Notes: generated by a model not told the origin, from the letters alone. Positions 1-9,805 are shown, numbered from the stretch's first letter. The stretch is DNA of 44,581 nt from Candidatus Thorarchaeota archaeon (GCA_003345545.1 PRDH01000069.1:1-44581); one strand, 5' to 3'. A program made the numbers and translations.

Positions 1-954
1 AACGTCTTTTCCCTTGTCCGAAACGAAGAACTCCTGAAGCGATCCCAATGGCATCCGTGTCACCTGTCCGCCAGATGCTGTGACAAGCTCATCAATGACA
101 CTCGATGTATCGATGGACGTGGCGACAATCCCGCCGCCCGCTCTCTCCACCTCGTTTCTTGCAAAGAGCGCGATGACACGGTTCTGGTCGATGAACTCAC
201 CCCGTTCATCAATCACTGCTAACCTGTCTCCATCCCCATCGTGACACAACGTCACAGCAAAGTCAGAACTGGCTGCCATCTTCATTGCATCACGAAGATT
301 CTCTGGTGATGGTTCCGCAGGTCTTCCTGGGAAATGTCCATCTTGATGAGAGTTCATAGTAGTCACAGAGAACCCCATGTCCAAGAGCAGGGATGGTGTG
401 TAATTGATAGCTGCACCATTTGCCAAGTCAAGCAATACCTTGGTACCTTTACTTCGTGTGCCTCGTTTCAATAAGAACTCCTTGAGATACTTCAGATACT
501 GACCCCTGATTTCGAGGGACTGTACCCTTCCACAACTGTCCCAGTCTGCAGCGAGGTATCGGTGCTCGGCAACACAACTCTCTATGACCGACTCCTCAGT
601 CCTGATGAACTCTCTCCCGCCAGTGAAGAATTTGAATCCGTTGTCTGTGGCTGGGTTATGACTCGCTGTCACGATGACCGATGCTGAAATACCACTGATT
701 TGACTGCAATGTGCGACTGCTGGCATCGGTGCAATTCCCAAGTCCATCACATCTGTACCAGTCGATAGAACACCAGCAACCAGCCCGTTTCTTAACATCT
801 CTCTAGAGGTCCTTGCATCCGTCCCAATTCCAACTGTTCCTTCTCCCTTCAAGAAGGTACCAAGTGCTCTGCCGAGATTCAGAGCCAGTCCGGCTGTTGT
901 CTTCTCTGTAATTGAGCCACGTATTCCCGAAGTCCCGAACAGCTTACGCGTCAT
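1..954 (-). CDS. glmM: Phosphoglucosamine mutase / phosphomannomutase family (alpha-D-phosphohexomutase), runs off the window start
   Basis: Not in the ORF track. Reverse strand from ATG at 954 reads MTRKLFGTSGIRG, then VTASHNP (phosphoserine loop) and HDGDGDR (metal loop). Exact sugar specificity is uncertain. Confidence 0.85.
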   Translation of the reverse strand, partial: MTRKLFGTSGIRGSITEKTTAGLALNLGRALGTFLKGEGTVGIGTDARTSREMLRNGLVAGVLSTGTDVMDLGIAPMPAVAHCSQISGISASVIVTASHNPATDNGFKFFTGGREFIRTEESVIESCVAEHRYLAADWDSCGRVQSLEIRGQYLKYLKEFLLKRGTRSKGTKVLLDLANGAAINYTPSLLLDMGFSVTTMNSHQDGHFPGRPAEPSPENLRDAMKMAASSDFAVTLCHDGDGDRLAVIDERGEFIDQNRVIALFARNEVERAGGGIVATSIDTSSVIDELVTASGGQVTRMPLGSLQEFFVSDKGKDV

Positions 955-964
955 GTGTATTCCT

Positions 965-1951
965 CTAGCTTTGTGGCAGTGCAAGGTCGACGATGTCCTT
1001 TGCTGCCTCGCCCATTCTCAGCAAGTTGTCAACAACATAAAGCTGAGTCTGTGGTTGTCCTTTTGGTGCTGTTATGATATGTTGTCTCAATTTTGCAGTT
1101 TCAGAGATGAGCCACCGTTCTGCGTCGATCACCGAAATTACCTTCTTTGAACTGAACTTGAATAGGTTATTCACAGCATCGGAAAGCATCTCTCGTACAC
1201 CTTTGACAACCGGTTCGAGTTTCTGTACAAGCTTTTTATCAATCGGCTCTTCAGTCCTCTGAGCGACATCTACTGCATAATCAGCTATTCGTTCAAGGTA
1301 TTGTGCTGCCAGCCTGAAATCAACAGCCTCAACTGGTGTGATTTTCATCATCTCACTCACTCTTGGATATTGGATTGCAGATCTCAGTTCTCTGACTATT
1401 AGGAAGAAGAGCCTGTCCACCTCCTCATCACGTTGAACAACATCCTCTGCGCCCTCCTTTGATCCCTCGAAATAAGCTCTTAGAGAGTCTTCGATCATCC
1501 TTGACGCAATCAAATTCATGCGTTTCATTGCAGTGCCCACAGGTAGAGTTGCAGGATCGATTAGGCATCTTAGTACTATCTGGTAGTCATCCTCCTCTGT
1601 CACCTCTAGTGCAACGAATCTCTTGATGACATTCTTCAACTGATCTCTCTGAATGTTTGTAATTGGTTCTTTACTTACAATTCGAATTTCATCAAAACCA
1701 AGCAAGTACCTACTAGTTATCTCCCACCGCAAATCATGTTCAATCTGTGTCGTTGTTGATCGTGTTTCCCCAGCCTTCGGAAGTCGAGGGTCAACGATGA
1801 GACATCCATCTTCACGTTGAATCAGAACAACTGGATCGCCTTTGCTGAGGCCCTGACTATCCACCCATTCCTTGGGCAGAATCACAAGAAACGAGCTGCC
1901 GGTCTTTCCCCCGGTCTGTTGGAGCTTTCTGATGTATACCATTAGTATCAC
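965..1951 (-). CDS. phoU: Phosphate uptake regulator: AbrB/SpoVT N-domain plus PhoU domains
   Basis: IRKLQQTGG..SFLVILPKEW AbrB motif; PhoU repeats RDEEVDRL and YLERIADYA. Confidence 0.9.
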   Translation of the reverse strand: MILMVYIRKLQQTGGKTGSSFLVILPKEWVDSQGLSKGDPVVLIQREDGCLIVDPRLPKAGETRSTTTQIEHDLRWEITSRYLLGFDEIRIVSKEPITNIQRDQLKNVIKRFVALEVTEEDDYQIVLRCLIDPATLPVGTAMKRMNLIASRMIEDSLRAYFEGSKEGAEDVVQRDEEVDRLFFLIVRELRSAIQYPRVSEMMKITPVEAVDFRLAAQYLERIADYAVDVAQRTEEPIDKKLVQKLEPVVKGVREMLSDAVNNLFKFSSKKVISVIDAERWLISETAKLRQHIITAPKGQPQTQLYVVDNLLRMGEAAKDIVDLALPQS

Positions 1952-2070
1952 CTGCTGGCGATGGTAAGCACAAACTGAGATGTAAAAGGCGCGCTTATTA
2001 CGCTTCCCGCAGGTTCGTATTGAGGCAGACGTTTAAAACAGAGATTCATCATTTCACCATTGGTGGCTGC

Positions 2071-3666
2071 TTGATATCCACAGAACGTCATAGTGTCTTG
2101 GCAATCCTCATCAAATCTGGATTTCAGATAACACCAGATGCTCTAGACTATATACTGACTTTAAGGGCTCCCGTACAGATTGTTGAGTCTATCATCTCAA
2201 CTAAGGTGCAGAGTGAGAGTCCCTCTGTTCTCACGAAAGATTTTGTCCAATCAATAGTTGAGGGGCAGCAGGTCATTACTTCCTCCAAAGAGAGAATGTC
2301 AGACGATTATCATATGCCCACTACTTCTCTTGACACTAATGAGAGTCTGAGTAGTGACTCCATCTGGCAATACAGAATAGAGAAGAGTCCACTTGAGCAG
2401 ATGGTTGGCTCTGAGGGCATCATTGATGATTTTCTTGAGTTGTTTAGAGACCGCTTCATCAGAATCAAGAAAATCTACATGGGTCGCATGGATACGCAAA
2501 ATGCAGTATCTCCAGATGTTGCCAAGATGCGGAAGAGCTCGATACCACGAAGAGCTGCAATGAATGCCGAAGGTGAGAGGGCGAAACGCCCGCCAAGTCA
2601 GGTTGTGCTTGGAATAATCAAGAACAAGAGTATCTCAAAACAACGCAACATCATCATTGAGCTTGAAGGTCACGAGGACTCATTGATCTGTGTTATTCCC
2701 TCAGGTTTCAAAGGCCTGCAGGGTCAGAAGCTCTCTGAGAAGGCAAACTCACTGTTGCTAGACGAGGTCATCTGTATCTCGGGCCATGTTGACAACGATG
2801 AACGAATGATTGCCGATGATGTTCTCTTTCCTGATATCTCAACAGCCCGCCAAGTAGGTCGGGCAAAGAGAGAGGTCTACGCCGTATTCATTTCCGATTT
2901 ACACTGTGGCAGTAAGGAATTTCTAGAGAATGAGTTTGATCGGTTCATAAATTGGATGAACGGACGTGATGTTGATTCCTCGGACGAGAATATGCTGGAG
3001 AAAATCAGGTATCTCTTCATTGCGGGAGACCTGGTCGACGGTATCAGTGTGTATCCCAACCAACGAGAGCATCTTGAGCTATCAAGTCTATACGATCAGT
3101 ATGCCGCAATCACTAGTAAACTACAGAAACTTCCAAAGAGAATCAAGATCTTCTGTATTCCAGGGAACCATGATGCATGCAGACAGGCCCTTCCCAGGCC
3201 GCCAATCCTAAAGGCGTTCGCAGAACCGCTCTACAAACTTGAGAATATGACCATGCTTGGTGATCCTAGCCAGATCCTTGTAGAGGGTGTAAATATCATG
3301 ATGACCCACGGAGACAGTCTAGACGACCTTGTGACAGCACTTCCTGGAGCCTCCTATGCAGATCCTGCAACATCCATGATAGAGTTGCTGAAGAAGCGTC
3401 ACCTAGCCCCGATTTATGGTGGCAAGACTGAACTAGCACCCTTGCATCGGGATTGGATGGTCATAGACACACCTCCCGATGTCGTCCACTTCGGGCATGC
3501 GCATCATAATGCCGTAGATAGTTACCGAGGCGTACAGATCATCAACTCAGGTACCTTTCAGTCACAGACTGACTTCATGCGTAAGCAAGGGGTGATACCC
3601 ACACCAGGTATTGTGACATTTTTGAATCTACAGACCGGTGCTCCCGACTTCAGGTCTGTCATTTGA
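2071..3666 (+). CDS. polB: DNA polymerase D small (proofreading) subunit DP1
   Basis: OB fold plus calcineurin-like phosphoesterase motifs SDLHCGS, AGDLVDG, PGNHDA, HG, GHAH, NSGTFQ. TTG 2071 follows a GGTGG RBS; the ORF is open from 2020. Confidence 0.93.
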   Translation: MISTERHSVLAILIKSGFQITPDALDYILTLRAPVQIVESIISTKVQSESPSVLTKDFVQSIVEGQQVITSSKERMSDDYHMPTTSLDTNESLSSDSIWQYRIEKSPLEQMVGSEGIIDDFLELFRDRFIRIKKIYMGRMDTQNAVSPDVAKMRKSSIPRRAAMNAEGERAKRPPSQVVLGIIKNKSISKQRNIIIELEGHEDSLICVIPSGFKGLQGQKLSEKANSLLLDEVICISGHVDNDERMIADDVLFPDISTARQVGRAKREVYAVFISDLHCGSKEFLENEFDRFINWMNGRDVDSSDENMLEKIRYLFIAGDLVDGISVYPNQREHLELSSLYDQYAAITSKLQKLPKRIKIFCIPGNHDACRQALPRPPILKAFAEPLYKLENMTMLGDPSQILVEGVNIMMTHGDSLDDLVTALPGASYADPATSMIELLKKRHLAPIYGGKTELAPLHRDWMVIDTPPDVVHFGHAHHNAVDSYRGVQIINSGTFQSQTDFMRKQGVIPTPGIVTFLNLQTGAPDFRSVI

Positions 3667-3677
3667 CACGTCCTGAA

Positions 3678-4925
3678 TCATCCCAAGACGTCCTTTGCTG
3701 CTTTGCTCAGTCTGATATCATCATCAAGAATGGTGCCTATCTGCTTCTTGTTCACAGCCAGTTTGATTTTCTTCGTACGACCATAGCGGCCCTTGGAAAT
3801 CACGGTTGTATTGATGAGCCCGAGCATGTCCAACTCTGAGATTAAATCGGAAACGCGTCTCTGTGTCAATATATCGAGAGAGAGCGCCTTTGCAAGGTCT
3901 GAGTAGACATTGAAACACTCTCCAGTGACGATATCATTGTGCCCTTTGTCAGCCAGAGCGTATACAGCAAACAGTACTGCCTTCGATTGCATTGGAAGCG
4001 TCTTTACGGTTTCAGTTATTGTGTCTCGCTCAATTACTTTCTGGGCATCTCGTACATGCTCTTGACCAACTTTTGCATCTCCCCTTCGCTCAGCTAGTTC
4101 GCCTGCAGTTCTCAGTAAATCGAGTGCACGTCGCGCGTCCCCATGTTCTTGTGCAGCCAGTGCCCCAACAAGATTGATGACTCCCTCATCTGCAATTGCT
4201 TCTCTATTGAAGGCAATTTCCACCCTCTGTTGTAGGATTCCTCTTAGTTCGACTGCATTATAGGGTGCGAAGATGACCTCTTCTTCGCCTAGCGATGATA
4301 GTACCCTAGGGTCTAGCATCTCTTTGAAAGTCAGGTCATTACTTATTCCTATAATGGAAATACGGCTTCTCTCAAGTTCTCCATTCATCCGAGTCAATCC
4401 ATATAGAATGTCGTTTCCCTGGCTTACATCCCGTTTTACAAGATAGTCCACTTCATCAAGTACGACAACCATGATGTTCTGCCCCGAATCAAGATGTCTC
4501 TTGAAGATAGACCTGATCTCATCAGTAGGTAATCCAGTAAAGGGAACATCAGACCCATCAGGCATTGTTGCATTGACGGCGTCACAGAGCGTTCTCAGTA
4601 CTCGGTAGTTTGTTCCAACTATTCGACAATTGACAAGTGCGGTCTGAGGTGGTTTGAGCCCACTCTCCTTCGCCTTCTTTACTAACAAATCCAAGACATA
4701 CCGAGCAACAACGGTCTTCCCAGTGCCGGTCTTGCCATAGCAGAGAATGTTGGATGGCGGAGCTCCCCGTAATGCTGGTCCGAGAATGGAACCTATCTTG
4801 TTCATTTGATCATCCCTGTATGGAAGACTCTCAGGCACGTATGTTGCTCGTAGCGCAGTTCTATCCCTGAAGATGTCCTGTCCCTGCAGGAATTTGTCAA
4901 ACAGTTTATCGAGAGGTTTCTCCAT
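3678..4925 (-). CDS. cdc6: Orc1/Cdc6 replication initiator
   Basis: Walker A GKTGTGKT, Walker B VLDEVD, GDARRALD sensor 2, C-terminal wHTH with SKGRYGRT. Confidence 0.97.
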   Translation of the reverse strand: MEKPLDKLFDKFLQGQDIFRDRTALRATYVPESLPYRDDQMNKIGSILGPALRGAPPSNILCYGKTGTGKTVVARYVLDLLVKKAKESGLKPPQTALVNCRIVGTNYRVLRTLCDAVNATMPDGSDVPFTGLPTDEIRSIFKRHLDSGQNIMVVVLDEVDYLVKRDVSQGNDILYGLTRMNGELERSRISIIGISNDLTFKEMLDPRVLSSLGEEEVIFAPYNAVELRGILQQRVEIAFNREAIADEGVINLVGALAAQEHGDARRALDLLRTAGELAERRGDAKVGQEHVRDAQKVIERDTITETVKTLPMQSKAVLFAVYALADKGHNDIVTGECFNVYSDLAKALSLDILTQRRVSDLISELDMLGLINTTVISKGRYGRTKKIKLAVNKKQIGTILDDDIRLSKAAKDVLG

Positions 4926-4983
4926 TTCAGACAGCTCCCAGTCGTGAATCGGGGTGTGAGAATCACAGTATGTTCTTAAACAC

Positions 4984-5046
4984 TTCCATAAGAAGTTGAG
5001 GTAAGTTCCACTGGATTTCTATTGGAACCTATGGAGCATATGGAAC
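4984..5046. promoter_or_regulatory. Cluster of mini-ORB-like boxes upstream of cdc6 (possible oriC or autoregulatory site)
   Basis: GTTCCACTGGA (5005-5015) and TTCTATTGGAAC (5017-5028), plus degenerate copies (TGGA at 5012, 5023, 5032, 5041; TTCCATAAGAA at 4984), resemble the ORB core TCCAnTGGA. Confidence 0.6.
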
Positions 5047-5141
5047 AGATAAGAGTAGGTATTACCAAATCCATACCAATAACGCTATCCATCTGCTGAT
5101 ACCGGTATGTTTGGCAATGCACACATTCTGGTGAGTATCAC

Positions 5142-5786
5142 TTGCGTCTTAAGGATCTAGAGATTGCACTCGAGTCCATATCACGTGTTGGCGAATATGA
5201 TGTTTCACTGGAGCAATACCCCACCCCGGCTCGAATTGCCTCTGCAATCCTCTTTGCGGCTCAGATGGAGTATGGTGACATAACGGATAAGACAGTATGC
5301 GATCTGGGGTGCGGGGACGGCATATTTGCTCTTGGTGCCGCTCTTCTCAACGCTGACAAGGTAATTGGAGTTGATGTACAAAGCAAAGCCTTAAAGGCGT
5401 CACAAATGAATTCACGAATGCTCGGGACAGAAGACACTGTAGACTGGGTACTAGGGGATGTTTCCTCTTTTCAGCTACGTTGTCTTGTCGACACTGTGGT
5501 CAGCAATCCTCCATTTGGTGTAAAGAGAAGAGGTGCTGACCTGAGATTCCTCCAAAAGGCGATCTCAATTGCCGATGTGACCTATAGCATTCACCTTGCA
5601 GGTGACAAGAACAGAGCCTTCCTGAAAAACGAAGTTGAAAAGCTTGGCGCAAGTGTGACACAAATCGAAACATTCCAATTTCCAATCGGTAAATTGTTCG
5701 ATTTTCATAGGAAAAGCGTGCATATGATTAATGTAGATCTCTATCGCATATGTTCAAAAGAGTGTGAACCGAATGGCCGATGTTAA
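5142..5786 (+). CDS. METTL5-like N6-adenine RNA methyltransferase
   Basis: LEQYPTP, DLGCGDG SAM motif, NPPFG catalytic motif, FHRK tail. Confidence 0.9.
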   Translation: MRLKDLEIALESISRVGEYDVSLEQYPTPARIASAILFAAQMEYGDITDKTVCDLGCGDGIFALGAALLNADKVIGVDVQSKALKASQMNSRMLGTEDTVDWVLGDVSSFQLRCLVDTVVSNPPFGVKRRGADLRFLQKAISIADVTYSIHLAGDKNRAFLKNEVEKLGASVTQIETFQFPIGKLFDFHRKSVHMINVDLYRICSKECEPNGRC

Positions 5787-6540
5787 GAGCGGTGATATTG
5801 TAGTACCCGGAGACCAGCTATGTGTTATTGAAGAGCTGAGCCCCAGTTATGGTACCTATGAAAAGGATGGCATCGTCTATGCTGCTGCGCCAGGTGCAGT
5901 GTCCATGGACCTCAAGGAGCGAATCATCAAGGTTCTCCAAACAGATGGGAAGATGAAGTTGGCGCTCCCCGTCAAGGGTGACATTCTGATGGGTGAGGTC
6001 GTCAATGCCTATGAGCAACGGGCAGAGATTGCCATAGTGCGCAGGAACGGTAAGGACTTTTACAGCGGCCTAGTAGGTGAGATTCATATCAGCAACGTCA
6101 CTCGTCGTTTCGTAAAGAGCATGCATGATGTACTAAGGGTGAGCGACATCGTACGCGCTGTAGCATTGAACACACATGAGATACCCACAACTCTGAGCGT
6201 AGTTGGGCCAGAACTAGGAGTAGTCTTCTCTAGATGTTCCAGATGTGGCAATCCCTTGACCCTTACAACATACAACAACTTGTTCTGTCTAAGGTGTGAG
6301 AACAGAGAAACGCGAGAAGTCGCTAATGACTATGGCCAGAACTATGGACTTGAAGCAAGACCTGATCTGGCACCCCGACGAAGGTCCTATGATAATCGAG
6401 GTTATGACCGAGATGACCGTCGTGGAGGCAGGCGCTTTGAAGGCGGCCGTCGTGAAAGGGACGGAGACAAGCGTTTTGGCGACAGGAGACCGGAGAGGCC
6501 TAGTCGAAGAGGAAGTGACAGCAGGAGGCGTCGTGATTGA
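5773..6540 (+). CDS. csl4: Exosome RNA-binding protein Csl4 with R/G/D-rich tail
   Basis: VVPGD N-domain, S1 domain, ELGVV followed by CSRC..CLRC..ETR Zn ribbon; conserved position before rpoL. Confidence 0.93.
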   Translation: MADVKSGDIVVPGDQLCVIEELSPSYGTYEKDGIVYAAAPGAVSMDLKERIIKVLQTDGKMKLALPVKGDILMGEVVNAYEQRAEIAIVRRNGKDFYSGLVGEIHISNVTRRFVKSMHDVLRVSDIVRAVALNTHEIPTTLSVVGPELGVVFSRCSRCGNPLTLTTYNNLFCLRCENRETREVANDYGQNYGLEARPDLAPRRRSYDNRGYDRDDRRGGRRFEGGRRERDGDKRFGDRRPERPSRRGSDSRRRRD

Positions 6541-6827
6541 AACCAAGGACAATAGAGAATACGAAGTTTGAGATGATTTTTGAGATTAGCGGAGAAGGGC
6601 ATTCGTTTCCCAATCTGCTACGTAAGACCCTTCTCGAAGAACCAGCCGTAGAGTTTGCAGGCTACAATATAGACCATCCACTCCTTGCAAGTCCTGTGGT
6701 TACTCTGAGGACACAACGTCGCCAAGCAAATGTGGTCCTTCGCGAGGCTCTTGAGAAAATGCTTGCTCGTACAGAGGAATTTCGAAAGAAGTTCAATCAG
6801 GCAATGTCTGATCACAGTACTGAATAG
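6537..6827 (+). CDS. rpoL: RNA polymerase subunit L (Rpo11)
   Basis: GEGHSFPNLL, FAGYNIDHPL motifs. Confidence 0.95.
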   Translation: MKPRTIENTKFEMIFEISGEGHSFPNLLRKTLLEEPAVEFAGYNIDHPLLASPVVTLRTQRRQANVVLREALEKMLARTEEFRKKFNQAMSDHSTE

Positions 6828-6857
6828 AGATCAATCAGTTATACAGGTGAGTCCCAA

Positions 6858-7268
6858 ATGTGGGAATCCTTCGTTCAGCATACGAGCATCGAGCAAATCA
6901 TGAATGATAAGGGACTTGCAAAAGTGGGCGACAATCTGGTGAACCTGTGTTATTCACTGGCCAAGTCCTTAGTGCTTGGGTACACGACTGGGGAGAAAGT
7001 TCGAGACAGTATACTTGCACGTGCCATACGTGGAACATCAGTTTATTCGCACATGAACAGGCGAAGCGATGTTGGAAGAGCTGCGGATGCTTACGAAGCC
7101 ATCATGGCATACCTGTGGATGACCAATAAGACGACGATCTTCGCCATGGTTGAATCCCTTGCGAGTCTCCTTGATATCGATAGCAACACCAGTCGAGTAA
7201 AAGAAGGTGAGCGTGCTGCTATCTCCTTCCAGCATCTCTTGGAACAGAACATCGTGCATCTTCCATAG
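6858..7268 (+). CDS. Archaeal mini-RNase III-like family protein
   Basis: DKGLAKVGDNLVN and ADAYEA RNase III-like acidic motifs; typical position between rpoL and tfs. Confidence 0.75.
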   Translation: MWESFVQHTSIEQIMNDKGLAKVGDNLVNLCYSLAKSLVLGYTTGEKVRDSILARAIRGTSVYSHMNRRSDVGRAADAYEAIMAYLWMTNKTTIFAMVESLASLLDIDSNTSRVKEGERAAISFQHLLEQNIVHLP

Positions 7269-7349
7269 TGTAATCACACTCACCAATGGCCCAGTCAAAA
7301 CGCTTAATTGACAACTGCATACAGCCGCTCTGAAGTGGTGTGCAATACC

Positions 7350-7679
7350 ATGGAGTTCTGTGACAAATGCGGTGCCATGATGGTGGTCTTTACGCAAGAT
7401 GATGGTAGTAAGGTCCTGAGATGTCGAAGCTGTCAACACACTAAGAAAATCAAGGGCGAGATGAGAGTATCTCAGAACATTGAGAAGAGCCCGCATGACA
7501 AGATTGTTGTTGTTGAGGATGACTCCATTCCTATGCCTGTCACGAAAGCTATTTGCCCTAAGTGCGGTAACACGGATGCATACTACTGGACCCTGCAGAC
7601 ACGCCGTGGTGATGAGGGTGCAACAGAATTCTATAGGTGTACTAGCTGCAAACATACATGGCGCTACTATGGTGGATAA
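7350..7679 (+). CDS. tfs: Transcription factor S (TFS / RpoM-like)
   Basis: Two Zn ribbons (FCDKC..CRSC; CPKC..CTSC) and QTRRGDE acidic hairpin. Confidence 0.95.
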   Translation: MEFCDKCGAMMVVFTQDDGSKVLRCRSCQHTKKIKGEMRVSQNIEKSPHDKIVVVEDDSIPMPVTKAICPKCGNTDAYYWTLQTRRGDEGATEFYRCTSCKHTWRYYGG

Positions 7680-7782
7680 ACAACCACCGCAAGAAGTGAC
7701 ATATTTATAGCCTCGCTCATGGTTCAATCAGAGGATAGTTGGTAGTCCCCATGCCTAGGACAATGAATAGGACGCTTGTGAC

Positions 7783-8154
7783 TTGACAGAGGAGAAGAAG
7801 TTCATCCGAAAGAAACCATCACGACTCACAACTATTCGTGAGATTTCCCACTCGTTTCGTGGGCCTGTCAGAGTACTGGGAATTGTTGTCGATTCCCGCC
7901 CTGGTTCAGCCCTTGTACAGGACCTCTACGATGAGGATGTCAAAAAAGCAGGACGTATATGGGTCAGCGTAGAAGGAACTCTTGAGCTCAAGAAGAAGTA
8001 TCTCATCATTGGTGAATTGACCGAGAAGACCGATGGCCAAAGCAAAACACCATGGTTGAATGCGACACTTGCGCATGATATAGATGCGCTCGATATTGCT
8101 TTGTATAAGGAAGTTCTAGACTTAGAGGGGAAGGTAACCAAAACAATGAGTTGA
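7783..8154 (+). CDS. Replication protein A small subunit (RPA14/RPA3-like OB fold)
   Basis: RKKPS..IREI..VRVLG.V..LIIG..LAHDIDALDIALYKEVLDLE resembles Thermococcales RPA14 (recalled similarity). Confidence 0.7.
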   Translation: MTEEKKFIRKKPSRLTTIREISHSFRGPVRVLGIVVDSRPGSALVQDLYDEDVKKAGRIWVSVEGTLELKKKYLIIGELTEKTDGQSKTPWLNATLAHDIDALDIALYKEVLDLEGKVTKTMS

Positions 8155-8164
8155 TGGAGGAATC

Positions 8165-8920
8165 ATGATGTTTCATGCAACACTTGATAGCACAAAGATA
8201 TGGAAACAGATTGTAGATGCGCTTGCTACACTACTCACTGAGATTCATTTTATTGTATCTGAACGTGGACTCACGTTGACACAATATGACTCTTCTAGAG
8301 CTGCCATGGTCTATCTCTTTCTACCAAACAGTGTCTTTCAAGAGTATGTCTGCACTGGGGAGTACAATATTTGTCTTGGCGTTGATGAGCTTGTGAAAGT
8401 AAGCAGGCGCATGGCTGGAGATGACCGGTTGGAGTTTGACCTGGACGAAAACGAGAAACGTCTCAAGATTCGAATGATTGGCGAGGTTGAACGAACCTTC
8501 AGACTACAACTTCTTACGCCACCAGAGGAACGAATTCAAAGCCTGAATCCGGCCTTTGAGGTTCGCGCAGAGATGTTCTCGGACAGTTTTAAGCAGGCTG
8601 TGAGAGACATAGGGGTGGTTTCAAACCACCTGCGTGTGACAGCAACAAGTGACTCATTGACATTTACTGGGGCGGGCGATACTGGAGAAGCTGAGGTCTT
8701 TCTCAAGTTGGGCGATAATTCACCACTCCATCACCTAAGTGTGAATAACAGAGCATCATCGACGTATGCACTCAGTTACCTGACAGAAATAAGTAAGGCC
8801 ATCTCTAGTGATAGTCTGACTCTGCAGATGACAGAGGACAAACCTCTCGTACTTGAGTTTGCTATTGCGGAGAATGGAGAGATGCGGTTCCTTCTTGCTC
8901 CACGAGTTGAACGGAGATGA
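8165..8920 (+). CDS. pcn: PCNA sliding clamp, paralogue 1
   Basis: DSSRAAMVYL, FQEYVC, GDTGEAEV, Y.L.YL, KPL.LEF, LLAPRVE; 251 aa. Confidence 0.95.
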   Translation: MMFHATLDSTKIWKQIVDALATLLTEIHFIVSERGLTLTQYDSSRAAMVYLFLPNSVFQEYVCTGEYNICLGVDELVKVSRRMAGDDRLEFDLDENEKRLKIRMIGEVERTFRLQLLTPPEERIQSLNPAFEVRAEMFSDSFKQAVRDIGVVSNHLRVTATSDSLTFTGAGDTGEAEVFLKLGDNSPLHHLSVNNRASSTYALSYLTEISKAISSDSLTLQMTEDKPLVLEFAIAENGEMRFLLAPRVERR

Positions 8921-9052
8921 TAGCCCCGGTTTTCGACAATATACCGGCACCAGTTTCTTCCGAGAAGTACATTTTAATGGCTATGGATACTGCTAATATC
9001 TGACGAAACGAGGTCTAGTCAAAGGTCTCTCATGTAACTGGAGGAAAAGAAT

Positions 9053-9805
9053 GTGTTCCACGCAACCTTGGACAGTACGAAAACCTGGAAGCAGATAGTT
9101 GATGTCTTAGCGACTCTTCTCACAGAGGCACATCTTCGAGTTTCTGAGTCCGGAATGACGTTACGCCAGCTAGACTCATCCAAAGCAGCAATGGTCGATC
9201 TGACTCTCCCATCTACTGTCTTTCAGGAGTATGCATGTAAGGGAGAACATGATATCTGCCTAGGAATTGATGAGCTTACCAGGGTGAGCAAGCGAATGGC
9301 CGGAGATGAACGCCTAGAGTTCAATCTCAATGAGAATCGGCTAGAGATCAAGATGATTGGTCAGGCAGAGCGAGAGTTCAAGCTTCAACTTCTCACTCCT
9401 CCAGACAGCCAGACCAACAAACCAAGTATGGCTTTTGAAGTTACGGCTGAAATGTACGCTGACGCATTCAAACAGGCAATCAAGGACATAGGTGTGGTTT
9501 CAAGCCATGTGAAAATTGTTGCTGAGAAGAACATGCTTACCTTCTCGGGAGAGGGTGATACTGGTGAGGCACGAGTCACTCTTTCAACTGAGGGCAAAGA
9601 TCCGGCTCTCTTTCAATTGAAGGTTGGAAGTGGGCAGACTGCTGCCATGTACGCGCTTAACTATCTCTCTGAGATATCAAAAGCTATTCCGAGTGATAGC
9701 ATAGTTCTCCAGCTCACTGGGAACAAGCCAATGATGCTGGAGTTCGCGATAGCTGAGGCTGGCAGTATCAGCTTCATCTTGGCACCGCGTGTTGAACGTA
9801 GATAG
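9053..9805 (+). CDS. pcn: PCNA sliding clamp, paralogue 2
   Basis: Same motifs (DSSKAAMVDL, ILAPRVE); GTG start after a GAGGA RBS. Confidence 0.95.
   Translation: MFHATLDSTKTWKQIVDVLATLLTEAHLRVSESGMTLRQLDSSKAAMVDLTLPSTVFQEYACKGEHDICLGIDELTRVSKRMAGDERLEFNLNENRLEIKMIGQAEREFKLQLLTPPDSQTNKPSMAFEVTAEMYADAFKQAIKDIGVVSSHVKIVAEKNMLTFSGEGDTGEARVTLSTEGKDPALFQLKVGSGQTAAMYALNYLSEISKAIPSDSIVLQLTGNKPMMLEFAIAEAGSISFILAPRVERR

Noticed and set aside
8990-9030. CTGACGA..GAAAC hammerhead-like core between the PCNA genes
   Set aside because: The two core motifs overlap with no stem II, and no flanking stems were found
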